Origin: Oopsacas minuta
Lineage: Eukaryota; Animalia; Porifera
NCBI GenBank assembly: GCA_024704765.1
Contig: JAKMXF010000016.1
Location: 1 to 64,000 of the forward strand
DNA length: 64,000 bases
Reading direction: 5' to 3'
Shown here: one piece after another, positions 39,964 through 51,970 of the stretch
Layout: the number at the start of each line of letters is the position of its first letter
Position numbering within the stretch: the stretch's first letter is position 1
Program-made: the position numbers and the translations under genes
Notes under the pieces: generated by a model
The model's database searches: none
What the model saw: only the letters and a program-made list of their open reading frames with translations
What the model was told of the DNA's origin: nothing

Positions 39964-42900
39964 ATGAAATCTTTCAGTTATAAAATTGGTTTATTCCTAG
40001 CTATAATTGGCTTATTGGTTCGAATCAAATCAGGTAAGTATTTAGAAATTATCTACGAATATTAGTAATGTATTTGACTTTTAGTTAACATGAATAATCA
40101 GTTAATTATTCACATATTTGAATGTATTTGTTTCAAGCTCACATTCTAGAACTCTCATTTACATTCGATGATACTAACTTCGCTTACTTCACGCTCCCGG
40201 GAAATTTTATCAATTGGCCGGAAGCTGAAGCAAGCTGCATAAATTGGGGAGGATATCTTGCTACAATCAAGTCAGAACAAGTGGATAGCTTATTGTACTA
40301 TACTCCAGAAGATATACAGATACATTTTGGATGTTTTTTAGGTCTGAATGATATGGAGAATGAAGCTGGTACTATTGCTAGTGCATTTGTATGGGTAGAT
40401 GGTAGTAACAGTAGTTATAGAAAGTTTGGTAATACTCCTGGCACGGACATATATCCATCGGATCAGATCCAGATGACAATAATGATTGTGTTAGGTTCAG
40501 GTACAAGAGTGGGACTGTGATATCAAACGGATGAATAAATGGACCTTGTGCCCTAGGTAGAAACTGTTACTTCTGCAATAAACCTGGTGAGTTATTAATA
40601 ATGAATAATTTGTATGAATACGTTAGAATGCAAATATCTTAACTCTATATTACTGTAGTATAGTAGAGTCTCTGAATAACAGATACGTTGGAGACATCTC
40701 TTCTGTCCGCTTCATTCTGTTCCAGGAGGTTTGTCTGTTGTAGAGGGATTGCCCGTTTTGGGAGAGTCCACTGTATTAGTGAATAATAGCAATTACATAG
40801 GTGTATGAGGAAGGTCAAATGGGTATTAGCAACAAGTAGAATGTTGAATGAATTATTGAGGGACTTTATCTCCGTAACTTCATTTGAGTTAAATTAATTA
40901 ATACACGTCACTGTAAACTTTGACTAATAAATAGTCAAATTTCATTTTACAAATACCTTGTATATCACGTAGCTATACTATCGTACAGTTTTTGTGGATC
41001 AGCTGTTCTATGTTCGAGGAAAGGTCATTTTTCGGAGTAATCAAAGTCACCTTTTGGAATGAGGGTATGGGGTTTTGTATTGCAAAAAAGCTGTACTATA
41101 CTATTAGCTCAGCTATATATCAAGAATCTCTTCATTTTATATATTTTTCAGCAACACCCAGTGCATGTGATCTGATCTATAATGAATCTTGCTATCGATT
41201 ATATGAAGTGAGTGATGGAATCAACTGGTTAGATGCTCAATCTAGTTGTGCTGTATTGGGTGGTGACTTGACTAGTATTACTGAGAGAGAGAATAATTAC
41301 TTATACACAATTATCCCTGATGCAGTGAGTAATTGCTGGATAGGATTGAATGATAGAGATACCAATAATGGATCATACACATGGATTGATAATTCAACAT
41401 CTAATTTTACAAACTGGGCAGGTAGTACACCGAGTGCTGGCGATGAAGATTGTGTAGACATAACAAGATCTGGAGCTGGTAATTGGGAAACTGTGGACTG
41501 TGAAACAACAACGATAAATGCTTTTCTATGTAAAAGATCTTCAGACGTAACAACAGGTCAGTACATATTCATACTACTTCCTTGGACAATATTTATGTCA
41601 ATCATATTTAGATACCAGTTTTGGTGTACTTATCAATGAAGGTTTAGACTTTCAATCTATGAGTGGGAACAGATTCTTGTACGAATCTTTGACGTTAGCG
41701 TGTGGAGGAGACGAGGGTAATGCAATTATATGGAAATTTTCAGAAAAATTCAGATTTATCAAATAGTGAAGAGCTTACAGCCACATATAATAGCACACAA
41801 ACTGGATTCAGTTGGTTAAACATATATAATACTAGACAAGGTTATTATCAGTGTCAAATAGACGATACAAACAGTTGTACAATTGGATTGTTCAATCAAA
41901 CTACAACAAGTAAGTGATAGAATATATCATATAATCATTTACTTGCTAATGTCTCCTTTAGTTGCTATTCCAGGGACTACATACACATATACAGTAGGTA
42001 TAGACAGAGAGGATGTATTACTGCTCTGTGATCCTATGGATAGTAATTATAGCTTGAGTAGCTTGATATGGAGTATAGGAGGAGGAGACACATTGAACAA
42101 TCCTATAAATATCTTTGAGTAGAGCAGTAACTCAACTGAACAGCCTAGTAATCAATGGACTTGTGATAGTAACGGGATTGCGATCCAGTTGAATACAGTA
42201 AATATATATAGTAAGTGTATATTCCTAATACATAATCATTCTTTGGAAGCCCACAATTTGAAAATTTTTCAGTGTGTTTGTTCACTTATCTCACATTCAA
42301 ATGCTCCTATAGCTCCAATGATTACAGTATCTACATCTATATCATATCAACAACACACTACTTTATACCCTGGTGTCAATAATATTTCACTTCAGATTAG
42401 TGTAAGAAATTTCTCCATCTCAACAAATCTACAAGGCAGATGGATACTTCCAAACAACACGAATTCTTCGTCTCAAACTATATCTTATGGAACTCTTGAT
42501 TATGAATACTTTGGACTGTATCAATTCTATACCATGACTTGGGATGGAATTGAAGTGCTTGCGATTCAGGCAGATTTAATTCGAAATGGTGAGTTCGAAA
42601 ACGAAATTCTCCACCTGAGTTAACCATATGATATATTAGATGACATTAATTTTAGGTTATTTTGTGACAAGTACAGTTTCAACTTCATCGACTGCCATCC
42701 AGAATGATTCAACCATTGTACTGAAAGAAGCTACTACAATGATAGAGTGCTCAATTTCAAACTTAGGAGATAGTATACAATGGTATTATAAGGCTACGAA
42801 GGATGATATGGAAATGAACAGAAATTCATCATCAACATTCTCAATTGAAACTGGGATTAGTAGTTTGACTGTGAATTCAATGAAACCGGTTACAATAGCT

Positions 42901-45003
42901 GTGTGATCGATTCAGATATGGTGTACGCATTCTTTGTAGTGAATACAGATTCTATAGGTAACTCTTAAGTAAATTGACTTATAGGCATTTAAATTACTCA
43001 ATATTGTATTTCTAGTTGAAATATCAAGCTTTGATAACCCTTCTCAACAAGTTGATTATATCCTGGGTTCAACCATCTCAATGCTCTATTACTCAGATGA
43101 TATCATCGCAGATAGTGATATCCTTTGGACAACAGACGATGCAGAAGACGGTGATATATTGACGTATAGTGCTGAGTATCAAAATCCAGTCCTCTTGATT
43201 GTAGTATTCAACGACGTGGGAGCCGGTATACATACAGTGAGTTGTTTCTACAGGATGAGTCCAGTAACACTGTTGGGTAGCGTACAGCTATCTCTCAAAG
43301 GTAAATTGCTTGTTTCGGGTGTCCAACGTCCGCACACATCAGTATATTCTTCAAATTTCAATGGTAGTATTACAATTACATAATCTCTAGATACTACAAC
43401 AATAACAGTCAGCTATGAAGAATTTAGTATGTCATTTAGTGATGTAAACAATCCAATGTTTCCATCTCCACAAGAAATCAGTATAATATTGGGAACAAAA
43501 ATATTTCACTCACCTGCAGCCTACCTGAATGTGTTTGGATAATTCCAGGTGGATCAACTATTACCATATCGACCTACATTATATCAGAGTTAACCTTTGC
43601 CAATAGTGGAAACTTTTCGTTGATGCGTGTGACTAGCACTGGAGTCAGCTATACAACAGCTCATGTATTTATACGTGTTTTAATTCCTACTACACAATCT
43701 CCTGATCCTACTACACAATCTTCTGATCCTACTACACAATCTTCTGATCCTACTACACAATCTCCTGAAGCTATATCACCATTAATATTACCCATAATTG
43801 TGGTAATAATTGTAATTGTAATAGCTGTAGTTTTGATAATTATTGCGATACTCTCTCTGGTGCTCTGCTGTAGAACGCTGCGAAAAAAATACTCAAGAAT
43901 TGCGTAAAAAACCAGATCCTTCCGATTCTCCAAGTAGGGAACCTAGGTATAAACCTGAAGAGCCTGTAATACAACATACACCATCAGATGAGTATATTGA
44001 TCTCTCAGCTATCGAACGTCCTTTGTATAATACTATAGATGAAGAGATGGTTACGTATGGGGGATATTATTCAAATGAGATTTACGACTATAATCTAAAT
44101 GAAAATAACAGTGAATATGTTGATGTCAACAACAACGTTGATGATCAAACTTATAATGCAATTGGAAATTATAAGAGGTCCAATTCTAAATTTATTGCTA
44201 CAAAGAACTTTCCTGCAACATGTCAATTGTTTGTGGAATCTGGAATGGGAGCTAATTCATTATTTTCTGTTGAATCCCAAAATTTGAATAAGGATACTAA
44301 TAGCATTGCGCAGCCTGACTGTACTGAAGCTTTGAAAAGGCAAAATGTGCCCAAAACCTCAATCAATAACATGCCATTTGATGAGAATAGAGTCTTGCTT
44401 TCTTCACCACATTTTGACTGCAATTATATCAATGCAAGTTATATAAATGAAAGCAAATTCATTGCAGCTATTCATCCAACTAAAGACAGTTATCAAGATT
44501 TCTTACAAATGATATATCAAACTGAGGCTAGTATGGTCGTTATGTTGACTACGAGAAAAGATAAAGCAAAAATCGTCAATGGATATTCTAATTATGTTTG
44601 TTATTGGCCTAAAAAGGATACACCTTTGAACTGTAAACCTTTCGTTTCTAAGTTGATTGCCTCGACAGAAACAACAGCCTTCGTGAAACAAGAAATCTCG
44701 TTGAAGAATAGTATAGAAGGAAAGGATCATTTGTTCACTCACTGTATATCTCCTGTATGGAATGAGGATGGTACTGTTGGTGAAATTTCATGCATCATAG
44801 CACTATTAATCCGGATTATGAAACAATCACAAGAGACTCCATCTAAGCCAATTATAATACATTGTGATGATGGCATTGCTAAGACTGGCATTGTTCTGAC
44901 GACGATAAATTCTGTGAAAGAAATGACTACGGAGAAGTCGATTAATATCTTCAATACTGTTAAGAACTTGCGTAGACAAAGGATGAACATGGTCCCTACC
45001 TTG
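39964..45003 (+). pseudogene. CTL-CTL-IgA-IgB-IgC-IgA-Ig-Ig-stalk-TM-Tyr-rich-PTP receptor (RPTP-like), disrupted
   Basis: Exons: SP 39964-40033; CTL about 40150-40586 (frameshift, plus TGA 40532); CTL 41152-41556; A 41612-41909 (+1 A); B 41962-42210 (TAG 42120); C 42313-42588; A 42656-42957 (-1 nt); Ig 43016-43300; large exon from 43391 with frameshifts. TM IIVVIIVIVIAVVLIIIAILSLVLCC; PTP motifs PFDENRV, DYINASYI, CYWP, IIIHCDDGIAKTG, LRRQRMNMV. The 3' end probably continues after the donor at 45004. Confidence 0.85.
43686..43769 (+). repeat. Coding 21-bp repeat x4 (PTTQS[P/S][D/E]), mucin-like stalk
   Basis: cctactacacaatct(c/t)ctga(t/a) four times just before the TM. Confidence 0.9.
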
Positions 45004-47494
45004 GTAAGCTTTTATTGATTTTAATGCAGCTATTATAACGAGTTAAGTTTCTAGAAATTCGCTACAGTCAAGTTCGTTTTTGGCGAATGTCATATTTCTG
45101 CCATGCAAAATACCCAAAATTCGCCTGTTTATACATTTTACTGTGCTGACTAGTTACATTTATATGTTTCCGCTCTGCTGTTCACACCTTTAGAGATTAA
45201 GACACCAAAATGACATTTGTAGAATTTTTAATGTGTATATTTTCACACCTTCTGACACTCTGTATTTTAGCCTAATCAGATTGTAGGGTTTTACAATTAG
45301 GCATAAATGCATAAAATTAGTTCTGATGGAGTGTTTGTAATTATTTAGTACTGTAATGTATTTGTATTAATGTAGACTGTAATTCTATTGTTCAGGATAA
45401 TGTATATACACTGATTTATCATATGATTAATCATATTTCACAGCTTTTGGTGAACATTTCAGAATTATTTTAGAGATTAGCTTCCACTTGTTAAATTGGG
45501 ATAAACATGGACGTAGAATTGGCTTGTATTATATAATTGCAATTGTTGTTTGTCTGTCTGATTGTTCGTTGGCACGGAAAGGATTTATGGAATGTCGTAT
45601 CAAATTCGAATTTCTCAATCATGAGATGTCACATAACTATGTAATTATCGTGTTTATCAAGAAGGTAAACAGAGTTAAATACAACTTGAGTAAATATATC
45701 AAATAATACTAAATCTGATTTCACAAATTTGAATTAATCATATGTATATTTATCGTTGTTTCTGATTATAAAGTAAATATATAATGGAAGAGCCAAATAT
45801 TCATACGGCTATACATAGGTATTGTTACGCTGAATCCGAATTTCGCATTTTCAGTTTATCACATGGAAATCTATTGTTGCTTTTATGAATATTTAATAAA
45901 CAAATAGTTGGAGTATTAATTAATTAATTCATTTTGCAATTATATACCTTGCTAATTTCGAGGCACGAGTGTCGAGTACCTTGCAAATACAAAATCATCG
46001 CAAGCCGCATAGCGCCAGCAAACGAAGCTTGTATCTATGAATATTTGGATGTATTTTTCGATATGGATTGGATTATAAATGGAAAGTATCGATTGCTGAA
46101 GTCTCTATTTTAATTTGCTCAACATTTTAGATTGGATTAGCACCCATCCATTCTATTTATTATTTGAATACAGGAATGGGCGATGTCGGAGGAGGCGATA
46201 GGATTTGCATGCCTTTACAGATATCAAATTAACTCAAATGCTAACAGGAGTAATTGCTCTAATACTTTTAATATTTTGTGATATGTGTCTTTGTCTGGTT
46301 ATCGATCTTTTATATGAAAATCATACAGGTCAGTTGCAACAGGCTAGATTAACCTCCCCACACAGTTTAACCCCAGGTATAATCTGGGCTGGGACAGATT
46401 ATACTCCCTGCCTTTATTCTGTCATGTGCAAAAGTGTGGGCCATCTGGTATCATCTGTGTATTCATAAAGCCCACCATACAGGATATAACGATGATATGT
46501 TGCGTTTTCATGCAACGTGTATGATGGTTTTATGAATACATAGATGACATCAGACACACCACTTTGACTCTCATAACTTCATAACCCTTCCACAGATTAT
46601 CCTGAAAATTTCATTCACAACTACAGTATCTCAAGTATAGCTTTCCGTTAATTTATTTATTAACACTTAACACTGAAAACCACGTGACAGTGACTTTGCA
46701 AAAATTCCCAATTTTTACTATTGTTGACTGTGACGTGTTTTTAGTGCTAAGTGTTAATATCGGTGAGTTTTAATAACTTTCCCTGAGAGATTATTCCTGT
46801 ATTTACATATCTTAAGGGATAGTATTTAAGCTAGATGTGTGTAGGTGTAGAATACTCTGCTCCTATATTTATATAATCACATTGTAACACAATTTATGTG
46901 ATTATATCTTCTAATCCTAAATAACCTCTCAAACCCAAGCACGTTCCTGATAACAGTCATAGTTTTGTCTGATTCTAACTAGAATCTTCAGTTCAAAGTT
47001 CAAACTATAATTCAAAATCTCAGGAGTTTCGATGCTTTCAAATTATTTTCCCAAATTCAGAAACCACCTTCTCATTTGTAAGAATGATTTTCAGACGCGT
47101 GGATCCCTACACTTGTCACAAAGCCATTAAACCTATAATGGTATACATATACGTATATTATTCTAGTACTTAGATGGAAACAAAACATATTGTAGGAACG
47201 TTTTGCGAAGATATCTATTCTTGCTTGTATTTTCTGTTCTCTTTGCATGACCAGAAACATTTATTAAAATTATGCGTATACAAAATCTGAATTAACGTTT
47301 GGGGCCCCTCTGGACATCAGGGCCAAGGTTCAATGAACCACCTGAACCGTTTTGATTGCGCCACGGATTTGACTGTATAGTTCTGTCCGTCAATTATAAA
47401 CTTGTATTTTGTATGAATTTCCCTGCTAATAGACGAACATCACTGTAGTAAAATTTATGTAAATATATTCCATATAATCTATATAATGAAATGA

Positions 47495-47830
47495 CAATTG
47501 TTGTCTGTTTGTTTGTTTGTTTGTTTGTTTGTTTGTTTGTTTGTTTGTTTGTTTGTTTGTTTATTTGTCCGTTGTCAAGGAAAGGATTTACGATATGCAA
47601 TTTGAAATTGTTGCATATGTATTTATCGTGTTTATCAAGGAAGTGAAAAGAAATCAATAAAACTTCACTTTTATATTAATTATATGTTGTTTTATGAATA
47701 TAAAATAAACAAATTAGAAATAAATCTATATTATATACTCAAAGGTGCCGTCAATTTCGAGAATAATGGACACCTTGAGGCGCAATGCGCCGAGTTCATC
47801 GCGAAGCGACGAGCCAAAGGCTCGTTATTA
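47495..47830 (+). mobile_element. Dispersed Helitron/DINE-like non-autonomous repeat (most complete copy)
   Basis: 5' (TTTG)n tract, core ttgtcaaggaaaggattta...tatcgtgtttatcaaggaag, 3' gcgaagcg plus hairpin acgagcc-aaa-ggctcgt. Related pieces at about 13210, 14200-14570, 20510-20810, 32990-33050, 45540-46030, 54945-55030 and 61195-61930. The class assignment is inference. Confidence 0.6.
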
Positions 47831-48574
47831 TGTAAATTTTGTGATATCTATGAAAATATTGGTTGCAGTTTAAGGCTGTCCGTTCTTGGGAGATAAATTT
47901 GCATTAAGACACGCCATTCGAGCCAGTTCCCTGTCCGTTTTTCGGAATTCGGAGTTGTCCGCTCCTCGAAGACTGCTTAAGTATTATATGCTTGGCAAAT
48001 TCAATCCGTGCCACGAAGTTTGTCAGTAGTAGGGGGTTGTCCGCTTCTCGGAGTGTCCGTTTTGGGAGATTCCACTGTACCATGAATCAGAGCTATTAAG
48101 TATACGAATAGTAACTAATCAGAGAATTTGGTAAACATTATTTGTCTTGAAAACAGATGGAGGTTAGTTGTCAGTATTTGTACTCTTGTTATCGTGAAGT
48201 TGTTCGTTCAGTGTTACATTTACTTATTACAACATTCCATCTTTTAGACCAAGGGTACTCAAACGGCGATCCTCGTAGCATTTGCTCCTATTTTGGATTA
48301 TTCTGTCCTCCAAGAAACCGTATATTAATTTGTGAAGAAATACTAAGCTTTTAACCTTATTTCTACAGTATTGTCATAACTCTTCTATTCTAGTAAATAT
48401 AATGTGAGTATAACAGTTATCTTCAGTATATCAGTAATTACTAAGGATGTATGATGTATTAGGATAAGTAAATTGACATAAAGTCATACAGGAACACGGT
48501 ACTGTTATGAGCTAATTATTATACCTCACAAGGTGTCTTTAGTAATGTCTGTTAGTAGGTTTAGGTTAGCTATA

Positions 48575-51551
48575 CACAGTGGGCATTTTTGGGGGGTGAA
48601 ATGGAAATAGGAAAACCATGCAAGATAGAGATATATAATGCATTATTAGCCAATAGGAAATTACCCCTGAGAAAACGATTTCTTCATAAAAAAAAAATCT
48701 AGGTCATCTCATTAAAAAGTTATGACGTCATTGACACCTTTCATATTATCATAAATTATAGTTTTTGAGCTTAAAATTCAGTTACTAGACGCGATAGAAA
48801 GCTTATTTTGGATCATAGACACACATTTAACATACCCACATTTTAATAGTATCTTATGCTTCCATCTATTTCAATCATTATTTATTAGCAAGTTAATTGT
48901 GAGAAAAGAATTTCTTGGTCTGGAGGTTCAGAAGAGTGTGTTTTCTTGCTTGCTTTAGTAAATTTTCTATACACATTGAGGACAGGATCACTATTACACA
49001 TCAGTCGTATAAAGATATCTCGAGTATTCAGAGAAAACGACATTTTTCGGGCAAGGTGTTCGCGATACCTTCGAACGAGTTTGTTTGAAACTTCAACTGC
49101 TTCTTCAGAGAAGACTTTAAGTCCATGGCTATTGTTACAAGTTCTAATGAGTTCTGAAGAATGGGCTAGCAATTTATGCAAGGTTGGACTGATGTTTGCC
49201 AAGGGAACCTGATTACAATGTATTCGTATGTGTCCTTGCAAAGAATATCCAGTCTTTCAGTGTTTATCTCTCGGTCGCTGTTGTAAATACGCAAACATAC
49301 TGAAAGGTTAGTGTGGATGACCTTTATATTTTCATGGTATTCTGTTGGTATCAAGGAACAAACCCAGTAAAGAAATTGGTTTTTGTCCAAGAAACAATTT
49401 CGAGCAACATTGCCAGTTGATGTAGTGCCACCATCACTGCTGGGTTGATCAATCTTCATACCAGTCTTTTCCATCAATAAGCCTGAAACAAACTTCATTG
49501 AGTTTTTTATGCCTAAGGATGATGGTGACCACTTCCTTGCACCTGATTGCAGATGATAAACGAGGGTCATAAACCATCTGAAGATGCACAAATATGAATG
49601 TAATGGAGAAGAGCAAATTATATCGATGTCGGAAATAGGTTGGTGAGTCAATCCAAGACGGTCATTGGAACTTAGAGATAGAAATTCTACTTCATTCACA
49701 CTTTGAAACAGTTCTTTAGCCGATGTTATTGAACGATTAATAGGAAAACCATCTCGTATAAGTTCGACATCATGCAGTTGTTTGAAAGTCGCAGTACAGA
49801 GTTGGCAGTGAGCACCACCGGCTCCAGATAGAATTCCTGCCATTTTTCCATCGAACATGGTCCTGAGCAGTTTTATCCTCACAAGTCCTTGCGAGAGTGG
49901 TATCCCATTTTCTTCCATGTCTGCTACGTAAGGATTGATATAAGTATCCATTAGATGACGTACATTTTCGCTATTTTCTTTGGCAGCTAGTAAAGTGACT
50001 GGGCGAATCTGAAATTGTGAGTTGGGCCTTTCGTTTTCCCAAATAAGTTTGTTTGCCTGTCGTGAATAGCGAGAGGTTTGAAAGCAAAGAGAATGAAATT
50101 TTTGGAACCAATATCTGGTGACTCTTGAATCTGATTATAAACTTGATGGGATCCAGATCCATCCAAACCATCTGTTGCAGAAAATGTCAACGGGAATTCA
50201 AATTCAGAATCTGTGGGAAGTGATTCGAGTAGGCGGGAAATTGTCTGTTTGATGATAGAGATGTAAGATATCCCTACTCCCATAGGTGCATCAGACACAT
50301 TGCGGATAAAAATGAATTCCTTCTCCAGAGTAATATCTGCTCGATACTGGGAAATTAGCTCATACTTAGGGAATAGTACATTGTCTGACTTACAAAGTCT
50401 CCTCAATTCAATGTACTTTCGCTTACCTATTTCCAGTTGCCCTAGGAGGAACGTAGACTTAGCGATTGAGATGTGTGTCTTTATATTGCCTTGAAATGTG
50501 CCCTTGCTGACTATTTCCAGACAGAAGGAACTGGTGGAGTAATCTCCTGAAGAAGATGAGACAAATTGCAGAGCCATGGCTGCCATCGTTTTGCTATCCA
50601 CGTTCTCACTAGCTGCTAAGCTTTTAATCAGGGCTAAAAGAGGTTCCAGACGTACCCTTTGTCCTTTAATCGTTAATTCTAGGAGTGGTTTCCTGATAGC
50701 CTTTGCATGAACATGATTAGGAGTACAAATATCACCTTCAGACGATAACCGCCTCTTCTCTGCCAATGTTGAATTGTCAAAGAATATCATATCATCCCAT
50801 GTATTTAGGTCGTTTCTTTTACGAAATATCTCTCTATCACCCTTCAACTCAACGAATTTGTATCGGATACAACTATAATATTTATCATCAAGTTGCTGAC
50901 TATCCATAAATACGATTGTTGCATCTCTGACAGATTTACGTGAGGATAGAAAGCCAAAAGCTTCCTTGTTATTCATAATGCTAATATTTCATAGGGAAAT
51001 TTTACATTAAAGTTACACCCATTCAAATGAATGTTTGATACTTTGGGCGCCCTCCGGCGGGTCTAAACTATTATATTTTTTGAATGTATTATTATAACCT
51101 ACATTTTAAGACCAGTGAGAGTTCACGCAACGAAACGCCACAACAAGTTTCAGCATAAAATATCCTGTGGACGCCGAAAAAAATGTCCTAAATAGTCATC
51201 GCGTTTTATCTAGTTTTAGAATAGAAAGTTAGAAACCAAACGACATTTCAAGATGTAAATTAGATACTTGAAATATAAATGTTTCATTATTGTAAAGGAA
51301 TTCTTTCTTCTTAGTTGCAAGTGCTAAAAATATAACTATGAAACTTGATCGATTTTGATATACCACACAACAGAAATTCCAATTACAAGAAGCCGCAAAT
51401 ATTCATCACCATAACAACCAATTTACTTGTTGAATCAGAATGAAATTACTAATTTCTAGGTTTGAAACGATTGTGAATTCAATGATAAAAAGGAAATACA
51501 ATTCTGAGGGGGTAAAAATTTCATGCTATTTCCAGCAAAAAGCCCACTGTG
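48575..51551 (-). mobile_element. RAG1-like (Transib/RAG1L) DNA transposon, 2977 bp, complete ends
   Basis: TIRs start CACAGTGGGC at both ends (48575-48584; 51542-51551 reverse). 5-bp TSD CTATA at 48570-48574 and 51552-51556. Encodes a RAG1-core-like transposase. Confidence 0.93.
48885..50976 (-). pseudogene. RAG1L: RAG1-like transposase, about 697 aa if two 1-nt deletions are repaired
   Basis: NBD-like RKPLLELTIKGQRVRLEPLL; catalytic D in TDGLDGSG, D in TMFDGKM, E in SEEAVEVSNKLVRRYR; Zn ligands HCQLC and HKLLAH; PNSQFQIRPVTL equivalent to RAG1 PNSELCCKPLCL. Frameshifts near 50040 and 49200. Confidence 0.9.
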
Positions 51552-51970
51552 CTATAGGTAGGAGCAGTTATACTATTAGAATGTTTGTCTAATTTGTTTG
51601 TATTTCTATTTACTATTTACTCAGTATTGCCTTAGCATTATTCTATAGTCTTGAACAGTACTATCCCATTTTGACCGGATTAACTGGTGGAGTCTACTGT
51701 ATTTCATTTTTGCTGTATAACAATACTAGATACTTTCCTAAGGTGTGAAATGATTAATATTGATCTGACTGAACCCTGACTAACTGGATCGTCTCAAATG
51801 GAACTAAGTTTAGTGATATATGCTAACAGCTACTATTTTCCGTTTTCTCTTAACAGCTTAGCTGTTTCCATTCCTGTAACTATTCGATATGTAATAATTC
51901 AATTATCATTACTCAGGTTACTCTTATTTATATAATAATTCTATTCAACAAAACATACGTAGATTGTATA

